From positions 10,626,731 through 10,690,730 of the forward strand of contig CM082592.2 in NCBI GenBank assembly GCA_040954595.2: a DNA stretch of 64,000 nt, written 5' to 3'. The number at the start of each line of letters is the position of its first letter. Position 1 is the first letter of the stretch. Source of the DNA: Balanoglossus misakiensis (Eukaryota; Animalia; Hemichordata). The translations under genes and the position numbers were made by a program. The notes below the pieces were generated by a model that saw only the letters and a program-made list of their open reading frames with translations, searched no databases and was not told the origin of the DNA. Positions 27,753 through 41,591 of this stretch are shown one piece after another.

Positions 27753-30700
27753 ATGTCTTCCAAAGTCAATAGAGTGGCGGAACGGCCAAGGATGGCCGAT
27801 CACCACCATCAAGACACGAGGAAGTCTACTTCTTCGAGTGAGTTTTGGTGAAGAAAAAGCACATGTTTTTGTCATGTTTGTGTTTTGGCAAAGAGAAAAT
27901 ACTCGTGTTCTTTGCTCCTTGGTGACTCAGCTCTGGTTTTATCTTTCCTACAGGTATCAATGGTCTCAACGTACCAAGCGGTAGCCACGGAGAGAAGAAG
28001 TTCAAAAGTTTCAAGCTTCTGGTGGACCCTCTCATCCGAAAGGGACAACAGAAGGTCTGCAGATACGACGGTTTTGTCACCGGGGTAAGAGAGATCAACA
28101 TCTCTACGACAACACCGAGTTTCCACTGTCGTCGGTTGCTTTGTTGTCAAGGAAACAAATCCTTAGCAAATGGTTTCATCGGGTATCAAGAAATACGAGA
28201 GTGCAGTGTATAAATTACCCAGTATGTTGGTTCTGCTGATGCTGCAGTTATGGTTTATTTTGGAGGCAAATTTGAATTTCCATCATTCTGAAGACTTTAC
28301 TCTTCGTTCTGGTGCCAACCAAATCTGTAGCATAGGAATAGATAATTACATTAATACAATGATAACAAAGTAATTATCACATTTTAACTGAAATTGTCAA
28401 TAACAATGGCTTTATTTGTTTCATTTCACAGCATCAAGACCAAGTAGTGGTTCGAGACCCAAGGTCTCGCTTTTCCAGTCGCTTGTGGCCTCGTAAAGAA
28501 AAGGCGGATCTGCCAGTACCAAAGTTAAAGGTATCAACAGTTGGAACTCAGTCGGGCGGTTTAAAATGTTGCGAACAAGTACCCCTGAAAGGAGCAACAG
28601 TTGTCATAAACAGTTGACACGTGCACTTGGCTAGTGTTACTGTAAACAGTTAAATTGTGCTAAAATATGTTATGGCTGCAGCATTGGCAAGAAAACAGAT
28701 GTTCATTATTTTAATAGAATAGTCAAGGAAAGGTGTAATTGGCTGTACAGAAAGAGGATTTTACTGAAAAGTCATTTTTGTTCCATTACAGCATGACCAG
28801 TATTACACTGGAGAATTGCCACCCAAGGAGATCACATTCTCTAACCTTAATGACAATATCAAGACAACGTTCCTTGAAGATATGTGCAAGAAGTTTGGCA
28901 GCATAGAGTTCTCCAAGATCTACTACCACCCAAAGACAAAGAAGCATCTTGGCCTTGCCAGGGTCAAGTTCACATCTGTGCTGTCTGCAAAGCAGGCTGT
29001 GTTAAAGCTGAATAGGACCTCTGTTATGGGCAATATTATCATTGTACAGATTGACACGGCAGGTGAGTTGTCAGGTCTCCCATTGATAGGGGTCAGGGTG
29101 CAAAGGGTTAAAGTGTATTTTTGCCAGAGAGCAATCTGGTTAAAATCAGATGTAGGGATAGGTTTTCCTTTGCAACCTTTAGTATTATAACATTTGACTA
29201 TGATTTGATCCATTTGCTGGGTTTTTTTACAGGAAAAGAATGTGAACAGATGTTCGAGTGTTTGGTGAATGACAAACCCAAACCTTCAGTCGCAGCAGCT
29301 GCCCCCAACGATCCAAGGAACAAGTCCAGAACACAAGTTCCAAAGAGGTCCACCACGCCAGAACTTCCCAGGGGGAGCCTGGAACAGCGACTGAATCAGA
29401 ACAATTCCGGCCGAACCTTTCCCGCGCAGCAGTATGGTCCGAACAATGATACCTTTACCCCTCAGAGCACAGACTCTGGGTACAGTACCCATACAGCCTT
29501 TTCTTCTGAGTTCATGAGCCCAATGCCTCCGAATATGGTGGCGGGAAGGGCTGGTAACTACGGTTACAGTGGGACGCCTACAGCTGAGGCTACAGCTGGG
29601 TACAGGGTTGGCCACGCCTCCTATGATGCCAATCAGTCAATGCAGAGTTATTCCGGCAATTCTGCGTATGTGCCAAATTATGCGCAATCACAGAGACCTC
29701 AACCACCGCCGCCACCACCACCACCGCCACCTCCTCCTCAGCCTCAACAGCCAGCAATTCCGGTCATCAAAGATTACCAGGGTCAGTATCAGCAGCAGCC
29801 ACCCGTTGCCCCGCCCGTTGCCCCGCCCTATCAACACCAACCAAGCCAATTCCAGCCACTGCCACCTCCAGTACCCGCAGCCGAGACACAGTATCCACCA
29901 CAGACCCAGGGCCAGCAGGATCTTCCCATTCAGCCGCCGCAGCAGCCCACGCAGTTTCAACCGCCTGCGCCGCAACAGAAGAAAAAGAAACCCCCAAAAC
30001 TGGAGGCGCCAAAGGAAGACAAAAATTCAAACTCTGATCCATCGCCGTCGCCTGATTCCAGCGGTTACAGGAGTCTGGATTCGCGTATTGATATGTTGCT
30101 GAAGCAGACCAGGGGAAAAGGTGCATTTAGTGACATTCCTTTAGTTACTGAAGCATCTGACGATGAGAGTGTTGCTAAGTCACCAAAGGAAAGAACTCCC
30201 CCTCCACCCCTACCACCACCTCCCCCTGTAGTGGAGCCTTCGTTACCTCAAATCCCACAGGCAGTGGTCCAAGCTCTCCCTCCCCCACAGACTATGACCC
30301 CGAATCCCCCTCCTCTACAGACTGTGACCCCAACTCCCCTTCCACCTGTTCATTTACCACCTCCCCCGCTACCACCTGTGACAATTACTAGCAAACCGGT
30401 GGAAAAGCCCCTCTCGGAGAGACTCCTGGAACTCAGCCAATCCTCGCCAAGTACTTACAGATCTCCGAGTGAGCCAAAGTGGGAGAAACGCAGACACTCT
30501 GCTGATAGACTGACCGGTCTGTACAGTGATAGCCCCAAACGAACCCCAGCAATGAGTGAAGATGTGGACAGTCGAGATAGCTTTGGTCAGGTGAGCTTCA
30601 CGGGAACACCACACTCGGAGTATGAAAGCACACCAACGATGACTGGTGTAACCAAACAAAATGACGAAGACAGCAGGTCATCGACCCCAGGAATTCAGTT

Positions 30701-33700
30701 CAGTGTAACAGAAGAAACATCTAACAAACAGGTAATGCTCTCTTTGACAAGAAATCCAATTGATTTGTATTTTACTGGATTCAAACAAGACCTTACCCCA
30801 CCTGTAACAGGTATCTGTACATGGAGTGACTTAAATTTGTTACAATGATCTCTTTCAGGAAGAAAATTCTGAAGAGAATTCAATCGCAGGCAGTGTTGAA
30901 ATGGACATATCAGATGACGATGATGACAAAATGAGTTTGTCTCCAATCAGTAATGAAACCACTTTACAGGTTAATGAACCCCCTCCACTTGGACTATCAA
31001 CTACTTCAGTGCAAATACCACAGTCAGCTGCAATGCCACCACTTCCCTTCAATCCGTCATTTCCGCCACCAAGTTTTGCAGTTCCTCCTCCTGGTTTCCC
31101 ACCACCGGCATCGACGTCGGCTGTGAAACCCATGGACACAATGAATCAACCGCCACCTCTTATGTCAATCAGTGTGCCTCCGCCACCAACAAGCGTCCCA
31201 CCACCAACGCAGGGTACTTATCCGACGTCAATACCGCCTCCCCAGGCACCTATGCCGGGATTTCCAGGACAGATTCCAAACGTTGGGTATCAGAACAGTT
31301 ACAACACCATGTATCCGTCGCCAACACCGGATATGATGATCCGGATGGGACTGTGGAGACCTGGAATGCCAGTGCCAATGCCCACAACGCCCAACTTCGC
31401 TCCCAATCTCCCATGGCCTCCTGTTTTGCCACCCACTCATCAGCAGCTGCCACCACAGACGCAGTACGACCAATCACAGCAGAGGTTCCCATTCCCGACC
31501 TTTGACCCCACAGTGCCCCCTCCAGGTTATGAAGAGGTGAAGAAGGATCCAAATCAAGAGACAATTAACAATGTGCTGCAGAAGGTGGTGGAGGGACTCA
31601 AGCAGATCATGAAGAAGGATTTGTGTAAGAAAATGGTGGAATCTTCAGCCTTCAAAGTTTTTGAAACATGGTGGGATAAGAATGAAGAAGAAGCTAAGGT
31701 AAAAATCTTGGTCATATTTATTTACAATCTTTTTTGTGATGGGCTGGTGCTCACTTACAAGGATATGGTTTTACTGTATATGATATGATTGAGTGCTTCC
31801 TTCAAAAACCTCAATGAGTTCGTTTTAAGTTAAATAAAATTCTTATTTCAGCAACCGAGTTTAAAGTCCGAGCCCGGGGAAGTGAAATCTGCCGCGCCTA
31901 CATCTACCAGGGAGAAGACACTACCGATTATCACCACTGCAGCTTGGGGTGGAGCCGCTATGAGGGACTTTGGGATGGAAAACATGGGGCTTGGTCTTGG
32001 ACTCAGAGCTACAATGCCAAGGATGCCATCTTTCAAGGTAAACCTGTAATTGAAATGGTTATGTATGTCTTTAAGTACACAAGTCTGTCCCTGTCTTTTC
32101 ATCCTGTATGTTATACCACTCTAACTTATTTTTCCTTCTCTCCTCTTCCATGCAGTTAAAAAGGAAACCATCAGTGCCAGCACCGGACGAAGAAGAGGAT
32201 GAAGATGAAAGCCGCGGAGCGAAGAGACCAAGACCATCAACACCTAGCATCATGGATGACTCAGACTCGGAACGTGAGAAGGATACATCAGATGTTGCCA
32301 GTCAGTTGTCAGATTTGTCCGGAATTTCACCTCGGAAGAGAAGACACAGTCTGATCAGTGAGGATGAAGAGAAGGATGTTGATTATGAAACTGAAGGTAC
32401 AGTACAAGCTATCATATTGTAAATCAGAAGATGAAGCATGTATGAAAAAAAATAGTTGGAACAGATGTTCTTTTATTTAAGCTATGGATTGCAACATAGA
32501 AACATATCTGCCATATTTTAATTTCTTCAGAGCAAGAAAGTAAAGCCAGCGAGAGTGAAAGTTCTGATGAAGAATCTGAGTCTGATGAGTCTGATGAAAG
32601 CAGTTCAGGCTACGACAGCTCCTCAGAGTCCGAAGACTCGGAAGATGAAGAGGAGGAGGAAGAGGAGATGGATGTGGCCAAGAATGAAGTGAAGGTGACA
32701 GAGGAAAAAGAAGAAATTACAAAAGACTTGGCAGAGAACAAAGAACTAGCAATAGTGAAGTATGTATACGCTTAGGGCTTTTAACCTACGATATTCAATT
32801 CATTCATTTTCCCAAATTTACCATGAGATAAATAAATCATACATAAAATAAAGCTTTGTATGGGTTTGGGCTCCAGCCCATCCCATCCCATCCATTCTTT
32901 AATGTGAGAAATTTGAGCATAACAAGGATCATGTTATCTTTCGTTAACTGCAGTGGCACTGAAGTGGCTCTGGACAAAGAAGGCTGGGAAGAAATGAAGA
33001 AACATGTAGACGTGATTTCCAAGGAAGATGATTCTGTCATGGACATAGAAGCAGCTAAAAGGTATGTTTTTTGTGAGTTAATCCTTTTACCACCATGGTT
33101 TGGTCCTAATCCATTGTTGTTTATGGTGAAGTTGGACCTCTGTACAGGCAAATGCCACCTTTAGAAGTTTGAAAACAATCATTTTTCTCAGGTATGCTTT
33201 GTTTGCTTCCAGCTCCTTGAAGTTAGACATTGCTGAAAAAGTGAAACCTGAAATTGAGGTCGAGATGATCAGTCCAGTGGAAGAAAGTAAAGAGATAGCT
33301 AAGAGGGAAGAAGACTCTATCAAAGCTGAGAATAAAGTGCCAAGTGTGGAGACTGATAAACTGGAAGTCAGGGAAAGTGAGAAACCTGTTCCTCCAAAGG
33401 ATGTCGAGGAGAAGAAGATAAGTATTGCTGATGAGGAGGTTGCACATAAAGAGAAATCTGAAAAGCTTGATAGCATACCTGATGACAAACAGGCCAACAG
33501 GACAGAGCCGTCATCCATGTTGTTGGAGATTCTGACAAGGCCGTCAACACTAAGGACTGGGGAGGTCTCCCTGCCGCAGGAACCCCCTGTGCCCGAGATG
33601 CGGGAACCCCCACCCGTCAGCCGGGTCGAGATGGAACCGTTTCCGATTCCGGTGCCGCGGATGATTATTCCGGGACAAGGAAGTGTGCCAGTGACCATGC

Positions 33701-36534
33701 ATTCTCAAGTCAGTTCCCTGCAGTTGCTGCCAGAGTCTCCAGTTCAACTTGGACAGTTGCCGGTCCCAATGCAGGGACCTCCCTTGACACCTGGTCGCTT
33801 GATACCGACTGCTGTTCATCCGCTGCAAGTGTCGCCTGGACAATCACTACTCAGCCCTATATTCCGGCCGGCTGAGACGCAATTCAGACCGCCCATCAGC
33901 CCAATGCCTGGACCTCCTACTACTCCTGGAACTGTGATTCTCAGCCCAGTGCCCAGGCCACCACAGATGCTGACCCCAACAGTGCAACTTTCTGAACAAT
34001 TACTGAGCCCTATGACACCGACAATGTTGCTCTCACCCGTGGGTTCTCAGCCTCCTCCCACTCCAACAGGACACATCCTGGGCCCGCTCGATTTACTGTG
34101 TGAAGCTGCAGAGTTACAAGCGGCTAAACTTCCTGTGCCGCATAGGACTAGTCCACAAACTGAGGCCCCGGAGATTCGAATTGAAAGGATATCACCAGCA
34201 CTGACTGATGATTCGGAAAGAACGGAAGAGGCTTCGGAAACTGAGGAAGTGCTGGCTAGGGAAGCTGCCGAAGCTTTGATATGTACCAGGCAGGAAAGAT
34301 CTTCTATTCCGGCAGTTCCGGTGAGTTGTGTCTGCAGGAATGTGGCCATGTATAAACACCTGGTCAATTTTGGTTTATCTGATAGGTTGCAATATATATT
34401 GATGATTTTCATCAGTTTATTGTATTCTACTTTTTTTATAGGATCACCACTATGCACTACCACCAATGCACAATTATGCCTTGCCGCCTCCAAGATCACC
34501 AACTCCACCGCTGCCATCGAAGGAAATCGACAAAGCCGTGGAGTTCATGTTCTTGGAACACAGCTACAGTCTCAGGCCACCACCTTCCCCCTCGCCTCCA
34601 CCACCAGTCAAAGAGCCGTCCCTTATCCCATCCCCAGTCAAAGAAAACAAGGACATTGTCGTATCACTGCCACAGGAAGACATCATCGTCGATGAAGTAA
34701 CCGTGGAAACCCCACTGCTGGAGGAACCCAAGAAGAAAGAAAAGAAAATCAAGAAAAAGAAACCAAAGAAGGAAGTCATCCTGGAGGTGGTTGAAGAGGT
34801 TGATGAAAAAGTGGAGGAAGAGAAAGTTGTGTTTACTTCAAGAGATCCGTATGCAGAGTTTGCAATACTGTATGGTATACTCAACGAAGGTGTGGACTTG
34901 GAAGATGCGAAATATCTGAGGAGTTGTTATGAATCACTGCTTAACAATAGTCAAGACTCGTGGCTGAACTATACACATTGGGTCTACCATCCAGATATCC
35001 TTTACAATCTACTAAGATCATTCATATTATACAATGTTTATCTGTTGAATGCTGTTCTCTGTGATTGGGCTAAGAGCAATTTTACAGTGTCTTATGAACC
35101 TGTGGTATTCTTATAATCGTAACACTTGTCAGAACAAATTTTAGTACACATCCTTAACTGTTCCCACTGACCAAAATCCCAGACCCGATCAAGAAGAAGA
35201 AACGAAGTGAAGAACTTCTGCGAGAACACTCCACTGGGTGTGCACGAAGCGATGGCTACTACAAGATATCAATAAAAGAGAAGAAGAAGTACTTGAAAGC
35301 CAGATCCGCGCCATTGAGTGTTGATAGTGAAGGAACTCTTGATGTACGCTATTTGTAATTCAGTCTTTTCCAGTGAACTCATTTTGTAATTCAGTCTTTT
35401 CTAGTGAACTCATTTTGTAGTTCAGTGTTTTCTTGCGCACTTATTTTGAAGTGCCTCTGAAAAAGATCTAAAAAATGAAATTTACTTTGGGAATGTCTTG
35501 GAAAATCGATGGAGCTATCCATGCTATCATAGTCTTATCAAAGTCTTGTAATGAAGGGAGATACTAAAGGCATTGATTGCATTTTCTTCACAGGATGCCA
35601 GTAAGCTGATGACAGAGAAAGCCAAACAACAAGCACAGCTGACACGTGAGGCAAGATCCAATCAGAGGAGGCTTCTTTCTTCGCTTGGACAGACAGAAAT
35701 GAGTGATCTTCTGAAATTTAATCAACTGAAGGTGGGTTTGTCCTTGCATCAGTCTTGTATGTACCCCACATCAGCAGTGAGAAATATTCATTTATATTAA
35801 CATTAAGTCAAGTCGGCACTGCCACTGATATTTCCGGAGTGTAAACTCGTCTTGCCTTTTTCCTCTTCCAGTATCGTAAAAAGCAGCTGAAATTTTCCAA
35901 GAGTAGCATCCACAACTGGGGTCTCTTTGCGATGGAATCCATTGCAGCTGATGAGATGGTCGTGGAATATGTCGGACAGGTCGTGCGCCAGTGCATCGCG
36001 GAGGAACGTGAAAAACGTTATGAGAAGATGGGAATCGGTAGCAGCTACCTCTTCCGTATTGACGAGCATGATGTCATTGATGCCACAAAATGTGGCAATT
36101 TTGCCCGATTTATCAACCACAGTTGTAATGTAAGTAAAAAGTATCCTTCGTACTCTAAAATAGCTGCACAACTCAGTTATGTAAGACCATTGTCCATATA
36201 TGCCCCTGTGAAGTTGTAGAATTTTAATTAAACTCCTCGTGGCAAGTTCTACCCATGTTGCTGGGCAAAATTTTTAGTACTGCATAATCACTCTTGAAAT
36301 CACAAAATTACCATGTCAGTATAAATCATCTTTGTACTCACAACACCGTTTGTTTTTCAGCCCAACTGTTATGCAAAAATTATCACTGTTGATTCGGACA
36401 AGAAGATTGTCATCTACTCCAAGCAGCCAATCAAAGCGGGTGAAGAAATCACTTATGACTACAAGTTCCCAATTGAAGATGATAAAATACCATGTCTGTG
36501 TGGTGGACCTCAGTGTCGTGGCTATCTCAACTAG
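27753..36534 (+). CDS. SETD1: Histone H3K4 methyltransferase SETD1 (SETD1A/B orthologue)
   Basis: N-terminal [26 protein letters not shown] ([19 protein letters not shown]...), Pro-rich regions, [30 protein letters not shown] with Win motif [16 protein letters not shown] domain ([10 protein letters not shown]...[15 protein letters not shown]...EEITYDYKF) and post-[16 protein letters not shown] (TAG 36532-36534). About 16 exons. Confidence 0.97.
33078..33165 (+). mobile_element. Degenerate copy of the ~90-bp TTAA MITE (SETD1 intron)
   Basis: TTAATCCTTTTACCACCATGGTTTGGTCC...GGTGAAGTTGGACCTCTGTACAG aligns by eye to 12654-12746 and to the reverse complement of 43188-43278. Confidence 0.6.
34995..35167 (+). 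other. U12-type (minor spliceosome) AT-AC intron in SETD1
   Basis: 5' site ATATCCTTT at 34995, branch point TCCTTAAC at 35151-35158, and 3' AC at 35166-35167. Removal restores the frame [19 protein letters not shown]...[11 protein letters not shown]. Confidence 0.92.
35351..35449 (+). repeat. 31-bp intronic minisatellite, ~3 copies
   Basis: ATTTTGTAATTCAGTCTTTTCCAGTGAACTC repeated with progressive decay in a SETD1 intron. Confidence 0.8.
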
Positions 36535-38618
36535 CGACTGTGGCAGTGTTAGGACAAACTCAATCTGCGATTCTTACAGTTTTGCAATTCTCTCAATGCA
36601 ATTCTTGCAGTGTCATGGCTAGCTCAATTTGTGATTCTCACATTTGTGTGATTCTTGCAGTGTCATGGCAAACTCAAGCAGCACTGCTCAGTATTGTGGT
36701 GATCTCAAATAACAATTCTCACAAAGTGAGCAGAGAGATACTCCAAGAGATGGACCAGGAAGTGTCTGATAAATATAGATGTGGCCAAGTGAACCAAAAA
36801 ATGACCTCAGCCATTAATTTCTCAGGTTTTCTGTTTGTGAGAAAAACCCTGCTCTCACGTTGATATTTTGGAATCTTCCCAGTTAATCCACTGGTGGGAA
36901 GGGTCATTCCATTCTGTGGCAGGTAGAGAGGACAGGATGGTTTCTTGTTCTTCTATTCTCTCACTGTTTCTGGCTCCATGGAAGTGGTTCGAGCTGTTAT
37001 TGTCACATCCAACATACCTCGAAGAGAGATGTTGGACTCCAAGAAAATTATTAGAAAGCTCGAAGATTTGGGAACACGTCCAGATTATTCTAGAAGTAAC
37101 ATCCGTCACCAAATCAGGGACTTTCTTAAAATCTGGTATCTATTATGTACATTTGTACATTGTGAAAAAAATTGATAAAAGTACATTCCACAGAGTTCAC
37201 TCTCATGTAGTTAATACTGATAATGATTATTAAGACATTGAATTTTTGAAAATTTAAATACCAGTATTAGTTGTAGTATGAGATGCATACAGCGACTGGA
37301 TTTTGCATCAACACTAAATACAGAATCTATAAAAAATTGTTTATTATTTCAAAACTGAACATAAATGAATATTTGAATGCAGCATAGTGTAATTCTGCTG
37401 CCAGGTATTTCTGTACAAAGACAATTCAGACTTTTGTAAATATAAGTTGTAGAGACAATGTATTTCTCTTTATTTCTTGAGCCAGATCATGCCTGTGCTC
37501 ATGAAAAAACAGGCATTGTTTCTCAAATGCAAGTTTGTACAGTTTTATTAAAGAAATCATCAAGATTGTTGCATGAAAAATCTCACAAAACAAAGTAACA
37601 TATGTATCCTTCATTACTGTATATTTCAAAAAATCGGTTACCTTGACAGTTCAGTTGTTTGTTACTGGTAGTTATTTTCAATATTTTTGCATACTTTTGG
37701 TGATATGCATATGGGTACTGTTCATATTTTAGACTCAGTTAAATTTCAATCATTTGTTGACAACTACCACAAAAATTTGTTTGGACGAGCTGATAACTTT
37801 TAAAACAGTTATTTGACATCAATCTTTTCTTGTTTTCAGATTGCTTAGAATAACTGGTCATGTTTCAAAACTGATAACCAAATTTATTTCATATCGCTCC
37901 AGTGTTATATTGGCGTTGGTTGCATGTATGTTCCAATAAGATTGAGTAATCATTTGCTTGCATGTAAGAATGGCTATTTGGCGTCAGTCAGAAGTTACAG
38001 ATATTGGACCATTATTGTTAGCTGACAGTAGTACAGTTTACAGTGTAAATATCTGTAATGTATTGCTTGAGAAACTATTGGAGAAATATGTGTATCAGAC
38101 AACAACATGTAGCCAGTATATTGGACAGTATGGTAGTTTATTTGGCAAGATAACTACAGAATTTGTAGCTGTTTCAAGTTCTTTTTTGGCAAGCAATATG
38201 AGTGGTTTCCAAGATAGCATCACATTTTGTAAATATGACACAACTGACTTTTTCTTAGTTCATTTTGGAATTCACCATATGCCTGGACTATGATAGTTTG
38301 TGTAGATTTCATGAAATTATTGATGTCTTGGATGATGTATTATTTAATTTTTTGTAAGATGTATAAAGGGTACTTTTCCAAAAATGTATTACGGTGTGGT
38401 GTCTTGTAGGTGTCCTAGATTATCCTCAATCTCGCGCGTAATACAGTAGCATACACTGGTGACATCGACACTGCACTGCAGGACCCGAAGGAAACTGCAG
38501 AATGTCTGATTGGTGGCGCCCTTTCAAACATGGCGGCAAATATAAAAGAAGATGAAATGAGCAGTGATGCATGATTCTGGGTGTCGTGCGATAATATAAG
38601 TATGCTGCCCATACCAGT

Positions 38619-40832
38619 ATGCCGCCACTTCGCGTAGGACTGTGCCCATCGTTAACGAGTGAAGTTCTAGAGGCACTTAACACTGCTGGGATAAGAACAG
38701 GTATTTACTAAGTGATGCCTCGAAGTGAATGCAAAATCAATGCATTGATTCAGAATGAAATAAGCAACATCCGGGAACATAGGATGAGCGTTATACTTAC
38801 CGGTTGCCATGGCTACCCAGTCAGTGATATGAGGCTGGGCTAAGCTTCATATATATAAGCCAAAGTCTTCTACACTGTGTATTTCTCAGGGCTTGGGAAG
38901 AGAATGAATCATAATGTTCCTTTTCGATCCATATTAATTTTCTGCAGTTGTAGACTTCATCTGCTCCAATCCAGAGACTCTGGCCCAGAAATCTTCACTG
39001 TCATACAAGGTGAGAACAAGAAAATAATCTTATATTTTACTCCACTAGTTATAATTGTTGACTGAGAATGTATTTGTAAATTTATTCCGTACAAACATCA
39101 GCTAGCATGCAGGAATCCTGTCAAATGTTTATTCTATTTTCAGGTCCTTCTGTCAATCAGAAAGCTCTTGTTGGCCCAGTACTCTGCATTTCCTATCAAT
39201 GGTGCTGATCTCTATGATGATGTCATCAGCAAGGTGGCCATATTACCAACAGGCTGTGAAAGGTACCCATACAGTTTCTTCTATAACTTAGTTTCTTATA
39301 GGTTTCTTATTTCTTATAAGTTTCTTATTTCTTATAAGTTTCTTTTCTTCTTTATTTACAGTCTGGATAAGCTTTTAGACGGTGGTTTGTATACATCAGA
39401 AGTAACTGAAATCGTTGGTGCTGCGGCCATGGGTAAAACACAGGTATAGAAATATTGTTATCCTGGTACTCTTACTTGACCAATTTTATGGTGAGGCTCA
39501 GGAAAATCAACAATGAGAAATGTACATAAAAGACAAAATCATAGAAAAATTCTGAAAAGAGATAGCAACAGTATCTGTATGTTTTTCATCTCAAAATTGA
39601 GTTGACATGAGCTTTCTTATTGTGTTCAGTTTTGTTTGACAACTGCAGCCAGTGTTGCCATGACAGCCAAACAGAATGTGTTATATGTTGATACTAGTGG
39701 TAGTTTCAGTGCAGAGCGACTGCAAGAGATCATGGCAGAAAGAAAATTATCTGATAAGGCAAGTGGAATTCCCACATACATTGAATATTCTGGAAGTTGA
39801 AACTTTCAATCCATTTCTCTTGGAATTTTCCTATCTTCTTTGAAACACTGATTCACTGTTAACTTTGGTCACTGTTTTGTCACATACATCCACTGTGCTC
39901 AAATAATATGAACTTCTAGCTTTTGTTGTAACACATGTTGTGTTACATGTTGTGTTGTTCTAACTTGGTTGCAATGTCAACTTTCTTTATTCAAACACAC
40001 TAGGGCAAAGCAACTGCATTTTCCAGGATTCGTTGCAGCAATGCATTTGATATTTTTGAAGTGATCCAGTGTTTAGAAGAAACTCGCAGCGCAGTCAATT
40101 CAGCTAGTGACAGCTTCTACACTTCTCTCAAGTTGATTATTTTAGACTGTGTTGCTGCTGTGGTCTCTCCCATACTCGGAGGACTTCAAACAGATGGTAA
40201 GTTGGATCTGTAAAACTATGTCATATTTCTCTTGCTTTCTCATTCACGTACATGTATATTACTTGTGCAATGTGACTTTCAAACTGAATAGATTTTGTAT
40301 CTCTTATTCTTTAACCCCAGGTCATACACTAATGGCTCATCTAAGTCGGATTCTACTGACACTGGCTGTGGACCATGCATTGGCTGTCATGGTAAGTAAA
40401 TACCCAAACAGACTTCAAAGCAGCTTCATCATTAACATGTTTGCTGTTCCTGAAATCCAACTTCAATATTTTATTATTTCATCAGGTGACTAACAACGTC
40501 GTCAAGGGTGATGGAGGGGGTACCAAGCCAGCCCTTGGCAAATACTGGGTAACTGTACCACATACCAGGGTTACATTCAGTGCTAGCAAAGCAACTCTTG
40601 TCAAATCCGGCAAACAGGTAACAATCAGCTCAGATAATCATTTTGAGTCCAATATTGGTAGTTACTGACAAAAGTGAATTGCTGATGTTTGAATGTATCT
40701 CACTCTACCGAGGCTTGATTGTGAATGTCATCGAAATCACGATTGATATCATACTATTGTTTTAATTTGTAGCCACTATATGGTGTAGCAGATTTCACAA
40801 TCACAGATGCAGGTGTAACAGATGTCAGGTAG
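38619..40832 (+). CDS. RAD51D: DNA repair protein RAD51 homolog 4
   Basis: [13 protein letters not shown]..., [55 protein letters not shown] (Walker A), [25 protein letters not shown] (Walker B), VTNNV...[16 protein letters not shown], ending [12 protein letters not shown] (TAG 40830-40832). 9 exons; intron 39759-40003 is GC-AG. Confidence 0.95.
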
Positions 40833-41591
40833 CAGTGAAATGAACACAGGGGTACATGTACATGCAGCAGTAGTGAACCAGATATTGGAGAGCTGTGAAA
40901 CAGTTACAAGCCAACGGTGTGGATGATTTCACAGCAGCTATGAAACAGACATCATCAGGAGCTGTGAAATAGATTTGAGGTAATGGTGTCTGGTAGCAGT
41001 GAAAGGAACTCATGGACCACATGATCTGGTATATTGAACACTCATAACAATGACAAAAATCAATGAATTTATTCAATCAAATTGCATTATATTTACACCA
41101 TTACAAAATCTTCTACATGTATTTCAATGTTTTCATATCAAAAAATAATTTACTGATAAATACTTACAGCTTATAGCTGCTGGAATGATACATAACTGAA
41201 ACATCATTAGAATTTTGAAGATATGATAGGGTTTTACAACTAAGCAAAGAAATTTCTCTCACCAAAGCATGCATTCATGTGTACTGTCATATTATTCTCA
41301 ATTAATTCTACACTTCTTTAAGAACATTTCCTTTTAGAAACTCACCAGACATGTCTAGCCTAGTGCATTTTCCTTGATATTGTGGTCAGACAAGGCTGAT
41401 TGACGGCCATTTTATTTTTATATTAGGGGATGGTAATAACTTACTCCAAATATATGTATAATCACATATTGTAAAAAAAAACCTTCATTTTTCTTGCCTA
41501 TTCTCAAAACTTAAAGTTATGTCATCTTTCAAAATATGTCAGAGTTGTATGTACAGAAATACATCAGCTTAAAAGTCAATATGGACAGAGA

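Noticed and set aside
29286-34884. Minus-strand and alternative-frame ORFs over SETD1
   Set aside because: They are shadows of Pro-rich, GC-richer coding exons.
36719-37112. Two minus-strand ORFs joined as a spliced antisense gene
   Set aside because: The implied intron would be only ~26-28 nt, too short for normal splicing.
37958-38293. 111-aa plus-strand ORF between SETD1 and RAD51D
   Set aside because: No recognisable motif or flanking splice signals; compatible with chance.
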